From an uncultured cyanobacterium (lineage in GTDB: Bacteria > Cyanobacteriota > Cyanobacteriia > PCC-9006 > JAAUQQ01): DNA of 64,000 bases. The stretch is taken from assembly GCA_963718615.1 (NCBI GenBank), contig OY970368.1, positions 2,080,001 through 2,144,000 of the forward strand, in the 5' to 3' direction. This document shows, piece by piece, positions 1 to 9,575 of this stretch; the first letter of the stretch is position 1, and each line of letters starts with the position of its first letter. The translations under genes and the position numbers were made by a program. A model generated the notes under the pieces. That model did not search any database and had not been told where the DNA came from. It saw only the letters and a program-made list of their open reading frames with translations.

Positions 1-841
1 GGAGAAAATGAACCGCACGGCTGTTATTCAGGGTCAGCGCAGGGACCAGAACTCTGCCCAGATAGCCCACATGTCCTGCCATCAAGTTGTAGGTGGTTTC
101 CTGTTGGCCAAATCGATAACCCGCATTGGCTGATTCTAGGTCCGTGGTTTCGCGAATGAGACTCGTGGTGACCAAGGAACCATGCATGGCACTCAGAAAC
201 GCACCGCCGAAGATACCGGCAACACCAAGCATGTGCAAGGGATGCATCAGCACATTGTGCGCGGCCTGAAGGGATAGCATGAAGTAAAACGTTCCTGAGA
301 TACCCAAGGGCATTCCCTCAGAGAAACTGCCCTGACCCAGGGGATAAATCAAGAGAATTGCTGTGGCAGCCGTTACGGGTGCGGAAAAAGCAACGGCAAT
401 CCAGGGTCGCATCCCCAGGCGATAGCTTAACTCCCATTGCCGACCCAAATAGCACCAAATGGCAATGAGGAAATGGAAGATAATCAGTTGATAAGGACCC
501 CCGTTGTAGAGCCATTCAGCAATGGAATTAGCTTGCCACAGGGGATAAAAGTGCAACCCAATGGCCGCTGATGTGGGAACAACCGCAGCGGTAATGAGAT
601 TATTACCCCCGAGGATCGAACCGATTACAGGCTCTCGAATGCCCTCCATATCTACATGGGGAGCGGCGATGAAGGCGATCGCAAAAACAATACTAGCGAC
701 CAACAACGTTGGAATCATCAAGACCCCAAACCAACCGATATAAAGGCGGTTGTGGGTGCTCGTAATCCATTTGGAAAACTGCTCCCACGTCCGCGACAAC
801 TCAAATTCAGAATTTTGTCTGTTTCGGATTACAGAACTCAT
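1..841 (-). CDS. psbA: Divergent 'rogue' (group 2-like) photosystem II D1 protein; 3' end outside window
   Basis: Manual translation from ATG at 841 (GGAGG upstream): [67 protein letters not shown]61E, D170E, E189A and an altered QB loop. Not in the ORF track because it lacks a stop in the window. Confidence 0.93.
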   Translation of the reverse strand, partial: MSSVIRNRQNSEFELSRTWEQFSKWITSTHNRLYIGWFGVLMIPTLLVASIVFAIAFIAAPHVDMEGIREPVIGSILGGNNLITAAVVPTSAAIGLHFYPLWQANSIAEWLYNGGPYQLIIFHFLIAIWCYLGRQWELSYRLGMRPWIAVAFSAPVTAATAILLIYPLGQGSFSEGMPLGISGTFYFMLSLQAAHNVLMHPLHMLGVAGIFGGAFLSAMHGSLVTTSLIRETTDLESANAGYRFGQQETTYNLMAGHVGYLGRVLVPALTLNNSRAVHFL

Positions 842-993
842 CGGTCAGACCTCCAAAAACGAGGATATGTCTGATCCAGTCCGCAACAGTTAAGGGTGAG
901 CAGTCAGGCTCAGGAAAATTTCAGGCATCCAAAATAATGACGAAATACCGTACTGCTACCCGTAGGACGAACTCTTCAGAACAGCTCCATTGT

Positions 994-1009
994 ATAACTA
1001 GATAGCGAT
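994..1009. promoter_or_regulatory. 16-bp pseudo-palindromic operator candidate upstream of rogue psbA
   Basis: ATAACTAGATAGCGAT; its reverse complement matches 7272-7287 at 14/16. Confidence 0.5.
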
Positions 1010-1282
1010 TTGATTAGCGAACTTTTTGTTAAGCTTTGCCCGTCTAGGCCAAGCGCTAGGCCAAGCGCGGAGACTAGGGCTTACTCATATAGCCGCCCGT
1101 AGCCGGATCAATCGACACGTAGAAATAGCCAGAGGATTTCCAGGCTCCAAAGCCTCCTCCCATATGGGCAATCTGCTCTAGGCCGTTCGCGGCACATTAC
1201 CCTCCAGATGCGCCTTAACCTCCGCTGAGCTCAGGATCTCGAAGGACATTCCCTTTAGCTGTTCACAGTCGTTGCCATACAT

Positions 1283-1825
1283 TCAGACCCACCAGGGTTG
1301 TTCGTCAGTTCGGGGATCGATTTCAGTCCAGGGATAAAGCCAAATGGCATCCCCTTGAATGGCTACATGAACAATCTTGAGGGGACGATCCGCAGGACCT
1401 CGAACCACAACCCCTTCAGGGGTATAGAGAGAACCATGACAGGGGCATTGAAACTGTTGGTCCATGTCATTCCAGGGAAAGGTACAGCCCAGATGGGTAC
1501 AGTTGTTGACAATACCCATGGAGTTCAATGTGCCATCGGCTTCCACGGTGAGATAGGTGGGTTCTCCAGCCAAGCCTGCAATTAAGGCCCTTGTGCCCGG
1601 AGGTTCTGCCAAAATCTGGCTCGCAGGAATCAGAGTTCCCAATTTATCTTTGGCGAGGAAGCCGCCTCCGGCTCCGGCTTCCGCTGGGGGAACAAAAAAT
1701 TTGGCAACGGGATAAAGGCTAGAACTAACCGTGGTTGCGATCGCCGCGCCGGTCAAAAAATTAAGCAACTGACGCCGAGACAGGGACGGACTTTCAACCG
1801 GCATTACATCATCCATAACATCCAT
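1283..1825 (-). CDS. petC: Cytochrome b6f Rieske Fe-S subunit (alternative paralog)
   Basis: Tat signal SRRQLL; CTHLGC and CPCHGS Rieske boxes; C-terminal PWWV. Confidence 0.93.
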   Translation of the reverse strand: MDVMDDVMPVESPSLSRRQLLNFLTGAAIATTVSSSLYPVAKFFVPPAEAGAGGGFLAKDKLGTLIPASQILAEPPGTRALIAGLAGEPTYLTVEADGTLNSMGIVNNCTHLGCTFPWNDMDQQFQCPCHGSLYTPEGVVVRGPADRPLKIVHVAIQGDAIWLYPWTEIDPRTDEQPWWV

Positions 1826-1849
1826 TTACTCCGCTGATTTCAACCCGTT

Positions 1850-2068
1850 TCATTTTGAAGAATTCGCTTGAGATTGACGGGTGTTCAAGCCAAATAATCC
1901 GTAAAGCAGACAAGATCCCGCTAGCGCACTCAACGTCGCCATCGTGCCAAAAACATCAAGCGCAATGCCCAGGGATGAGCCTGAATAGACAAACAGCCCC
2001 AGATAAAACAGGCCACTGGCAACAATGAGGCGAATCAGGCGATCGGTAGTTCCAAGGTTATTAAACAT
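1850..2068 (-). CDS. DUF2892/YgaP-like small membrane protein
   Basis: NLGTTDRLIRL..SCLLYGLFGLNT pattern, two TM helices. Confidence 0.8.
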   Translation of the reverse strand: MFNNLGTTDRLIRLIVASGLFYLGLFVYSGSSLGIALDVFGTMATLSALAGSCLLYGLFGLNTRQSQANSSK

Positions 2069-2117
2069 GAGTAATACCCTCTCTCAGGAGGATCGATTGA
2101 TTGACTGATGAATGGAT

Positions 2118-2525
2118 TTAGGCTGCAACCGGCACCGCGACCGGCAACCGATCCATTACAGCCTGCATTTTCTTGCTGGCGTCCAAGGCAATTTCCTTAG
2201 CTCTAGGGCTATGCACCATCAGGAACATCATCAGGGGGTCCACCGCAGACACCTCAACTCGGCCATTCTCATGCTCCTGAACAACAACGTTGCAAGGATA
2301 AAGCACCCCTGCCTTGTCGTCGGTTTGGATCATTTCGTAGGCCACTTGGGGATGACAAGCCCCGAGAATTCGATATCGACGGAAATCGGCCCCTAGTTTT
2401 TTCTTGAACGCGGCTTGCACATCAATTTCGGTCAATACCCCCAGCCCTTCTTCCTTCAGGGCTTCGGTCACGAGGGCGATCGCCTCATCAAAGGAGGCTC
2501 CAACAACTTTACTAAAGTGATACAT
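2118..2525 (-). CDS. DUF302 domain protein
   Basis: GVLTEIDVQAAFKKKLG..YRILGACHP..LYPCNVVV..AVDP; ATG 2525 preceded by AAGGA. Confidence 0.85.
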   Translation of the reverse strand: MYHFSKVVGASFDEAIALVTEALKEEGLGVLTEIDVQAAFKKKLGADFRRYRILGACHPQVAYEMIQTDDKAGVLYPCNVVVQEHENGRVEVSAVDPLMMFLMVHSPRAKEIALDASKKMQAVMDRLPVAVPVAA

Positions 2526-2618
2526 GAACGACAAATCCTTACGATGGGTCAGAGGAGAGGGAGGAGAAAGTCGACTGAGGACTAAAACGCAACAATCCTT
2601 AACCTCTTTCTGCATTAA

Positions 2619-2678
2619 ACAACCAAATAGTAATTTAGTCAACTCGCCCCCTTGAATCTTTTATAACTATCTAGTAGA
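2619..2678. promoter_or_regulatory. Two weaker copies of the 16-bp motif in the divergent DUF302/sqr promoter
   Basis: ACAACCAAATAGTAAT (2619-2634) and ATAACTATCTAGTAGA (2663-2678), each 13/16 to ATAACTA-NN-TAGTTAT. Confidence 0.4.
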
Positions 2679-2710
2679 GTAATTGAATAAAGATAGAAGG
2701 ATTGAGCGCC

Positions 2711-4042
2711 ATGGCCAATGTTGTTGTAGTGGGTGCCGGGTTAGCGGGTTTGCCAGCAGCTTACGAGTTGAGGCATTTTTTGCCAATGCAACATACGGTT
2801 ACCCTAGTTTCTAGTGAGTCGCAGTTTACGTTTATCCCAGGGTTAATACAGGTTGCTCTCGATTTAAAGCCGCTCAAGCATGTACAACTGGATCTAGAGC
2901 GTCTCTGCCGGCGTCATGGGTTAAATTGGCTGTCGGGTGCAGTCACGGCCTTGGATCCTGTGGGTCGAACGTTGACGGTGGAGGGACAGGGTTCGTTGCC
3001 CTACGATTATTTGGCGATCGCCACAGGTGCGTCACTAGCGTTTGACCTCGTTCCTGGCCTTGGCCCTGACAACGGCTACACCCAATCGGTTTGTACCCCC
3101 CACCACGCCCTTGCCGCCCGCGAGGCTTGGCTCAAATTTCTAGAAAATCCAGGTCCCCTGGTGGTTGGAGCTGCGCCGGGGGCAGGCTGTTTTGGCCCCG
3201 CTTATGAGTTTGCGCTGATGGCTGAACATGAGCTGCGTCGTCGAGGTCTGCGCGATCGGGTGGCCATCACCTATGTCACGCCTGAGCCCTATGTGGGGCA
3301 TCTGGGGGTTTCAAAGGTTAAAAACGCCGAGACTTTGACTGCTGAGCTGATGAAAAAACGGGGCGTTGAAGTGATTACTAATGCGGTAATCCAATCGGTT
3401 GAACCAGGCCAAATCCTCCTCAGCGACGGTCAGCAGTTACCCTTTCAATATTCGATGATTTTGCCTGCCTTTCGGGGTGTGGGATTTGTCCGTGCGGTGC
3501 CTGACTTGGGAGATGACAAAGGTTTTATTCCCGTTTTGCCAACACAGCGTCATCCTAAGTTTCCGGAGATTTATGCAGCAGGTGTTAGCATTAAGCTGGC
3601 ACAACCGGATCAAACATTAGTTCCCATTGGTTTGCCCAAGAGCGGCCAAATGGCAGAGGCGATGGCCACTGCTGTTGCCCATAACATCGCAGTTGAACTG
3701 GGAGCACTGCAAGATTCTCTTGTCATTCCGACGCTTGATGCCCTCTGCTTTGCAGAATTTGGTGATACCGGTATTGCCTACATTGCAGCGCCAGTGCTGC
3801 CCGACCCCAAAACCGGTAAACGCAAAAACTCCTATGCAGTAAGGGGGGCTTGGATTGTTTGGGTGAAAGCTGCTTTTGAAGAGTATTTCATGGCTAAAAT
3901 GCGGTTGGGTGTCGGGATGCCCTGGTACGAGAGGTTAGGCCTCAAAACCCTATTTGGGCTGAAGCTTCTGAAAAGCGTTGCATCCCACGAACAAACCACC
4001 GTTCCAGAGGACAACAGCCCATCCTCAAGCTTAACAACCTAA
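2711..4042 (+). CDS. sqr: Sulfide:quinone oxidoreductase (type I-like)
   Basis: GAGLAG FAD fold, SVCT, GCFGPAYEF, PKSGQM, LCFAEFGD. Confidence 0.9.
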   Translation: MANVVVVGAGLAGLPAAYELRHFLPMQHTVTLVSSESQFTFIPGLIQVALDLKPLKHVQLDLERLCRRHGLNWLSGAVTALDPVGRTLTVEGQGSLPYDYLAIATGASLAFDLVPGLGPDNGYTQSVCTPHHALAAREAWLKFLENPGPLVVGAAPGAGCFGPAYEFALMAEHELRRRGLRDRVAITYVTPEPYVGHLGVSKVKNAETLTAELMKKRGVEVITNAVIQSVEPGQILLSDGQQLPFQYSMILPAFRGVGFVRAVPDLGDDKGFIPVLPTQRHPKFPEIYAAGVSIKLAQPDQTLVPIGLPKSGQMAEAMATAVAHNIAVELGALQDSLVIPTLDALCFAEFGDTGIAYIAAPVLPDPKTGKRKNSYAVRGAWIVWVKAAFEEYFMAKMRLGVGMPWYERLGLKTLFGLKLLKSVASHEQTTVPEDNSPSSSLTT

Positions 4043-4082
4043 GGTACTGATCAATCGTTCTTGCTGATCCTTTGGTGTGCAG

Positions 4083-4577
4083 ATGAACAGTCACCGCTCC
4101 GATACCTTGACCAATCCAGAAGCCAATGAACAGCACTTTAAAGCCTTAGCCGATCGCTTTAAGCTTTTGAGTGATCCCAGTCGCCTCCGAATCCTTTCTG
4201 CACTGTGTCAGCAAGAGTATAATGTCACTGAAATTTGTGAGCTGACGGGCCTGAATCAGGCCAACGTTTCCAAGCATTTACAATTGCTCAAATACGCAGG
4301 CGTAGTGCGGTGTAATCGCGTTGGGATTTGCCGTTACTACCGCGTTATTGATCGGGATTTATTAGACCTCTGCTCTAAACCTTTAGCTGAGTTTAAGGAA
4401 TTGCCGCAAATTGAAACTTTAGGAGAAGATCACTGTGTTGAAAAAACAAGTTCAAACCAGACTAATTCGATGGGGACTCAGCCTAGTACTGATAGTAGGT
4501 GCTGTGCTTGGACTACCGGCGATCGCCCAGGCCCAACCCCATCCCGAGGAATTGGCCAAGGCAGTGCAGTCGATTGA
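4083..4577 (+). CDS. ArsR/SmtB family transcriptional repressor
   Basis: FKLLSDPSRLRIL..QANVSKHLQLLK..G..RYY; several Cys; C-terminal tail overlaps the next gene. Confidence 0.88.
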   Translation: MNSHRSDTLTNPEANEQHFKALADRFKLLSDPSRLRILSALCQQEYNVTEICELTGLNQANVSKHLQLLKYAGVVRCNRVGICRYYRVIDRDLLDLCSKPLAEFKELPQIETLGEDHCVEKTSSNQTNSMGTQPSTDSRCCAWTTGDRPGPTPSRGIGQGSAVD

Positions 4578-5064
4578 AAATCTGGATGCCCTGCGCAGCG
4601 ATTTAGCAGCCTATCTCAAAGACACCTCTGAGCCTCCCACCGCAGAAACGATGAAGCAGGTTTGTAAACCGGTTGGCATGAAGGCAGTACAATTGAGTCA
4701 GGAAAATGGCTGGCAGGTCAAGCAAATTGCCAGCAAGTATCGCAACCCCAACCATGCACCCAGTACGCCCTCAGAGCGGCAGGCATTAAAGGAATTTGAG
4801 CGTCAGCCTGAGCTCATGGGGTTCTGGCAATCCGAGACCGTTGGCGATCAAGCTGGATTGCGCTATTACCGTCGCATTAACGTGGAGGAAAGCTGTTTGG
4901 CCTGTCATGGTTCAAAAGCAAGCCGTCCCGAATTTGTTCAGAATAACTATCCCCAGGATTTGGCCTACAACTTTAAGGTGGGAGATTTACGCGGCATGTA
5001 TTCAGTATTTATGCCGGACGTGACCCAACAGGTTGTAGAGCAAGCCTTGAGTGCAAACTCATAG
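4435..5064 (+). CDS. Tll0287-like (DUF3365) c-type heme protein
   Basis: Signal peptide, KQVCKPVG, KYRNP, CLACH heme motif, KVGDLRG. Confidence 0.85.
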   Translation: MLKKQVQTRLIRWGLSLVLIVGAVLGLPAIAQAQPHPEELAKAVQSIENLDALRSDLAAYLKDTSEPPTAETMKQVCKPVGMKAVQLSQENGWQVKQIASKYRNPNHAPSTPSERQALKEFERQPELMGFWQSETVGDQAGLRYYRRINVEESCLACHGSKASRPEFVQNNYPQDLAYNFKVGDLRGMYSVFMPDVTQQVVEQALSANS

Positions 5065-5079
5065 AGGTCCAAGCCAATT

Positions 5080-5610
5080 ATGCGTCAACTTCTTCTTCAA
5101 CTTGCGCTGCTGAGTACTATCGCTTTGGTCTTGATCACAGGACTGGGAGGGTCGTTCTCAAAGCCAGCGATCGCCGCCATCCGTCAACTTGAAGAAGCAC
5201 CGGGTCAGATGCTTTACCAATCTCGCCAAATCTTAAACGATCAGCAGGGTAATTCCTGGCAGGCGATCGCCTTTAAGCGTATTCGGGCGAATGGCGATCA
5301 GACCTTCAATCTTCGCTTAGTAGGGTTTCCGGGAATAGTGACCATTGACCGATCGCTTCCCCTCACGTTAACCAATTCCCTGGGACAAGTCTTCATGGCA
5401 TCGGATGCCTCGCAGAAAATTTTTACTGATACCAATGCTCCTGAAAGCCATGTGGGCCAGTATGATCTTCAGCCGATTTTGTCACAGCTTCAACCTGAAT
5501 TGTCCTGGCAATTAGATTTACCCACCCAATCGTCTGAGCCGGTCACGCTGTCGATAGGCTCAAGCGTTATTCAAGAATGGCAGGCGATCGCCCAATCTAA
5601 CTCAAATTAA
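5080..5610 (+). CDS. DUF3122-like exported protein
   Basis: Signal peptide; EEAPGQMLYQSRQ..SWQAIAFKR..LRLVGFPG. Confidence 0.7.
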   Translation: MRQLLLQLALLSTIALVLITGLGGSFSKPAIAAIRQLEEAPGQMLYQSRQILNDQQGNSWQAIAFKRIRANGDQTFNLRLVGFPGIVTIDRSLPLTLTNSLGQVFMASDASQKIFTDTNAPESHVGQYDLQPILSQLQPELSWQLDLPTQSSEPVTLSIGSSVIQEWQAIAQSNSN

Positions 5611-5739
5611 CTCGAATAACGACTGATCGCTTTCCATACCAAAGCAGCCCTCAAGGCTGGAGCATCACGGACAGAACTCCTAGCAATAGAGCGGTCCATT
5701 CATTCAATCTTGTCACCCTGAAAACTTGGAAGAATAATT

Positions 5740-6387
5740 ATGAAATTGAGAAATCGTCAATCCCAAAATCGTTGCTACAATCATTCCTCTCGCCGAAACG
5801 GCTCAGGAAAAGCGGGTAAAGCCTGTAGTATGGCTCTGTTAGCTTCTATTATGACCTTAGCCGCCAGTTCTAGTCCTCCCCTCGCAGCCAGTTCCCTCGA
5901 CGCCAAAACGCAGCAGGTGATGGTCGAATCGATCCAAGATGAGTATCATGCCAAAGCGTTTTATAACGCGGTAATTGAGAAGTTTGGCCCAGTTCGTCCC
6001 TTCATCAATATTGTTCAAGCGGAAGAGCGCCATGCCCAACGATGGGTGGCTTTATTCAACCAGTATGGACTGCCGGTTCCTGAAGACAGCTTTGCTGGAA
6101 AAATTGCGGCCCCTGCAACCCTATCAGAAGCCTGTGAACTCGCAATTGCCGCAGAGATTGCCAATGTTAAAATGTATGATGGCTTCCTTGAATTCGTAAC
6201 CGAACCTGATTTGCGAACGATTTTTAGTCAACTGCGGAATGTATCTGAGAATCAGCACAAGGTTGCGTTCGAGCGCTGTGCAAATCGTGTCCCTGGGGAA
6301 GGACAAGGTCAAGGCCAAGGTCGTCAGGGTCAAGGTCGTCAGGGTCAAGGTCGTCAGGGTCAAGGCTTAGGATGGAGGATGAGATGA
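5740..6387 (+). CDS. Ferritin-like (DUF2202-type) protein with Gly/Gln/Arg tail
   Basis: DEYHA..AEERH..AEIAN..SENQH carboxylate/His pattern; start uncertain. Confidence 0.7.
   Translation: MKLRNRQSQNRCYNHSSRRNGSGKAGKACSMALLASIMTLAASSSPPLAASSLDAKTQQVMVESIQDEYHAKAFYNAVIEKFGPVRPFINIVQAEERHAQRWVALFNQYGLPVPEDSFAGKIAAPATLSEACELAIAAEIANVKMYDGFLEFVTEPDLRTIFSQLRNVSENQHKVAFERCANRVPGEGQGQGQGRQGQGRQGQGRQGQGLGWRMR
6301..6366 (+). repeat. Coding tandem repeat, CAAGGTCGTCAGGGT x3 plus partial units (GQGRQ)
   Basis: Read directly. Confidence 0.9.
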
Positions 6388-7190
6388 CTCAGTTCAAACA
6401 ATCGTTTTCAACGGTTTATGGCCCTGTGCAATCCTGGCGATTTGGGCGATCGCTCGGCATCGATCCGATTGGTTTGCGATCGACCTGTTCGTTTAACTGC
6501 GTCTATTGTCAGTTGGGGATCATTCAAGATCAAACCATGACGCGCAGCCGGTTTGTCGAAACCCAACAGATTGTTGAAGAACTTAAGCAAATCGACCCAG
6601 TCAAGACCCCCTATGATGTGGTGACCTTGAGCGGCAGTGGAGAGCCAACGCTGGCGCTCAATCTAGCAGAAATTATCACCCAGGCCAAGACGATCACGGG
6701 CCGTCCCGTTGTGGTTTTAACCAATGGATCGTTGTTGGGCGATCGCGAGGTTCAAGCAGCCCTCAATCTCGCCGATCAAGTTGCCGTTAAACTTGACGCA
6801 GTTTCAGTCAAACAACTGCAACGGGTCAATCGCCCCACAAGGGAGATGCAATGCTCAGACCTCTTTGCTCATCTCCAGTTCTTTGCCGATCATTATTGGG
6901 GGGAATTGGCGTTGCAGACGATGGTCCTTAGCCCTTGGTCTGCCCCCGAGAAAGCCCAATATATCGAAATGTTGCAACAGTACCAACCGGACGAAGTGCA
7001 GCTCAACGCCCCTGCTCGTCCTCAGCCAAAAACCCGCCAACTGGAAGCACGGGGAAATGCCCCCTTCGAGACCAGTTCTTCTGCACTTCAGACCCTACAA
7101 TGCGTGACAACGACAACACTACAAGACTTTGCCGAAGAGATTGAACGATTAACCGGCATTCCCACGCGATACCCGCAGCTACAGCATTAG
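6384..7190 (+). CDS. Radical SAM Fe-S protein (COG0731-like)
   Basis: YGPVQSWRFGRSLGID, CSFNCVYC, SGSGEPTL; ATGA overlap with upstream stop and GGAGG. Confidence 0.85.
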   Translation: MTQFKQSFSTVYGPVQSWRFGRSLGIDPIGLRSTCSFNCVYCQLGIIQDQTMTRSRFVETQQIVEELKQIDPVKTPYDVVTLSGSGEPTLALNLAEIITQAKTITGRPVVVLTNGSLLGDREVQAALNLADQVAVKLDAVSVKQLQRVNRPTREMQCSDLFAHLQFFADHYWGELALQTMVLSPWSAPEKAQYIEMLQQYQPDEVQLNAPARPQPKTRQLEARGNAPFETSSSALQTLQCVTTTTLQDFAEEIERLTGIPTRYPQLQH

Positions 7191-7271
7191 TCCAGCCGCG
7201 CTTAAGTTTGGCCCGATCAATTGGGTCAGATTTGTAAAGATAAAACACAACGTCGTTCAGGTATCCGATCA

Positions 7272-7287
7272 ATCGCTATACAGTTAT
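7272..7287. promoter_or_regulatory. 16-bp motif overlapping a TACAGT -10 candidate upstream of bchE
   Basis: ATCGCTATACAGTTAT. Confidence 0.5.
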
Positions 7288-7340
7288 CTAAAGATTAAGC
7301 AAGCTGGTTTTATCGTCAACCTTGTGACAGGGGTCAATCC

Positions 7341-9380
7341 ATGCGTATCCTCATGATTCAGCCCAACTACCATTCTGGGGGAGCCGAAATTGCCGGAAAT
7401 TGGCCTCCTAGCTGGGTTCCTTACGTTGGCGGAGCGCTAAAGCAAGCAGGGTTTGACCAGGTTCGCTTTATCGATGCCATGACTAATTACATCGATGACG
7501 TTGCCCTCGCCGCCATGATTGAGCAGCATCAACCGGATGTAGTGCTTGCAACTGCTATCACACCGATGATTTATCAGTCGCAAACAACGCTACAAATTGT
7601 GAAGGCGGTTTGTCCCTCAGCAGTCACGGTCATGGGGGGAATTCATCCCACCTATATGTACCGCGAAGTTCTCCAGGAGGCCCCGTGGATAGACTATATT
7701 ATTCGGGGTGAAGGCGAAGAAATTACGGTCAATTTGATGCGGGCGATCGCGGAAGGGCGCGATCGCCAAGACCGCGAATCCATTTTAGGCTTAGCTTACA
7801 TCGATGAGACTGGTCAGATTGTTGCAACCCCTGCCCATCCCCCCATTCGAGACCTCAATACCCTTTCACCAGATTGGACTTTATTAGATTGGGATAAATA
7901 TATTTATACGCCGTTGAATGTGCGAGTTGCCGTTCCCAATTTTGCGCGCGGTTGTCCCTTTCGCTGTCGATTTTGTTCCCAATGGAAATTTTGGCGTAAA
8001 TATCGAGCTCGCAAGCCCAAACAATTTGTCGATGAAATTGAATATTTAGTGAAAGAGCATCAGGTTGGCTTCTTTATTTTAGCGGATGAAGAACCAACCA
8101 TTAGCAAAGCTCGATTTGTTGCCCTGTGTGAGGAGTTAATCGACCGTAATCTGGGTGTCCATTGGGGGATTAATACCCGTGTAACCGATATCCTGCGTGA
8201 TGAAGCCGAATTACCTCTCTATCGCAAGGCCGGTTTAGTTCATGTCTCTCTGGGGACAGAAGCGGCTGCCCAGCTTAATCTCAATGTCTTTCGCAAGGAA
8301 ACAACCATCGCAGACAATAAACGGGCCGTTAAGCTCCTGCGAGACCATGGTATTGTTGCCGAGGTTCAGTTCATTATGGGACTTCCCAGCGAACTTCCTG
8401 AAACCATCGAAGAAACCTATCGGATGGCGCGGGATTGGGGCGCAGATATGACCAATTGGAATATGTACACTCCTTGGCCCTTTGCCGAGCTGTTTCAAGA
8501 TCTGGAAGATAAGGTTGAAGTTCGCGATTATTCCCACTATAACTTTGTAACGCCCATTATTAAGCCGGATCACATGACCCGCGAAGCCGTGCTCGAAGGG
8601 GTTTTGCGAAACTATGCCCGTTTTTATGGGTGGAAGTTTTTGGAATATTGGTTTACCCGCGATGGCTTCAAGCGACGCTATCTCTTGGGCTGCTTATGGG
8701 CCTTTGTCACGACCACCCTGAACAAACGCTTTTATAATTTGAAGCGCATTAAGCGTAAAGGTGTTCATGCTGAAATCGAATTTGGCTTTGATGAATCTCG
8801 CATTCTTTCTGAGGAGGCGATGGCCCGTTTGAAGGCAGCTAAACTCGCTGATGTGGAGTTTCCTGAGGGCAAAAATCCTCAGTTGGTTAATGGCATTTCT
8901 AGTGGTGCTTCTGAGGGAATTCCCGGCAGTATTGCAGCCTGTGGAGCACCGCCAGATGTGTCAGAGTCTTCAATTCTAGATCCTGTTGAATCGGAACTTC
9001 AACTGATCATTGTCCATGGGGATGAAACAAGTCGAATCGCCCTACGGAAGGGATTGCGATCGCAGCCCGGCCTAGAAGTCGCTAGCGAAGCAACCAACGG
9101 CGAAACAGGGCTGATTTTGCTTGACTCTATCATTGTGGATGTCGCAATCGTAACAGCCCAATTGCCGGATATGTCATTAAGTACCTTTTGGCAACGCGCA
9201 CAAGCACAAGCAGGATCTTGTCATCCCTTCAAGCTGTTAGTGCTCACGGAGGCAGCGACACCACTAGAAGTACTAGAAGAGGCCGGTATGGCCCACTGCC
9301 CAGCAGACTGGCCCCCGGAAAAAATTGCTGAGATCATCCAATCTCTACAAACACAAGCCAAAGAACTCATTACAACCTAA
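7341..9380 (+). CDS. bchE: Anaerobic Mg-protoporphyrin IX monomethyl ester cyclase with C-terminal receiver-like domain
   Basis: PNYHSGGAEIAGNWPP N-terminus, B12-binding domain, CPFRCRFC; extra ~125 aa REC-like tail. Confidence 0.9.
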   Translation: MRILMIQPNYHSGGAEIAGNWPPSWVPYVGGALKQAGFDQVRFIDAMTNYIDDVALAAMIEQHQPDVVLATAITPMIYQSQTTLQIVKAVCPSAVTVMGGIHPTYMYREVLQEAPWIDYIIRGEGEEITVNLMRAIAEGRDRQDRESILGLAYIDETGQIVATPAHPPIRDLNTLSPDWTLLDWDKYIYTPLNVRVAVPNFARGCPFRCRFCSQWKFWRKYRARKPKQFVDEIEYLVKEHQVGFFILADEEPTISKARFVALCEELIDRNLGVHWGINTRVTDILRDEAELPLYRKAGLVHVSLGTEAAAQLNLNVFRKETTIADNKRAVKLLRDHGIVAEVQFIMGLPSELPETIEETYRMARDWGADMTNWNMYTPWPFAELFQDLEDKVEVRDYSHYNFVTPIIKPDHMTREAVLEGVLRNYARFYGWKFLEYWFTRDGFKRRYLLGCLWAFVTTTLNKRFYNLKRIKRKGVHAEIEFGFDESRILSEEAMARLKAAKLADVEFPEGKNPQLVNGISSGASEGIPGSIAACGAPPDVSESSILDPVESELQLIIVHGDETSRIALRKGLRSQPGLEVASEATNGETGLILLDSIIVDVAIVTAQLPDMSLSTFWQRAQAQAGSCHPFKLLVLTEAATPLEVLEEAGMAHCPADWPPEKIAEIIQSLQTQAKELITT

Positions 9381-9394
9381 ATCCTTAAACACCC

Positions 9395-9428
9395 CAAAAG
9401 GCTCACAGTGTAACGCTTGAGCCTTTTG
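9395..9428 (+). terminator. Hairpin terminator after bchE
   Basis: CAAAAGGCTCA / TGAGCCTTTTG perfect 11-bp stem. Confidence 0.75.
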
Positions 9429-9429
9429 C

Positions 9430-9461
9430 TTGACTTTCTCATTAGATCACTTTACAGTTAT
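9430..9461 (+). promoter_or_regulatory. Sigma70-type promoter of psbA overlapped by the 16-bp motif
   Basis: TTGACT-17 nt-TACAGT; ATCACTTTACAGTTAT at 9446-9461. Confidence 0.65.
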
Positions 9462-9575
9462 ATGGTGACACAAGCCCAGTAAGCAAAAAGTTGTCACAAC
9501 CCGTGTTGAGCTATTTTGTCTTTGGCTATTTTGTCATCGTCTCATCATTCATTTTTTCTTAGGACGTTCGAATTT

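Noticed and set aside
1-841. Chlorophyll f synthase (chlF)
   Set aside because: It lacks the QD motif (has LG), and no far-red cluster genes are in view.
1044-1068. 12-bp tandem CTAGGCCAAGCG x2 and similar CTAG-containing duplications near 11928 and 63297
   Set aside because: Short intergenic slippage duplications with no consistent unit or context.
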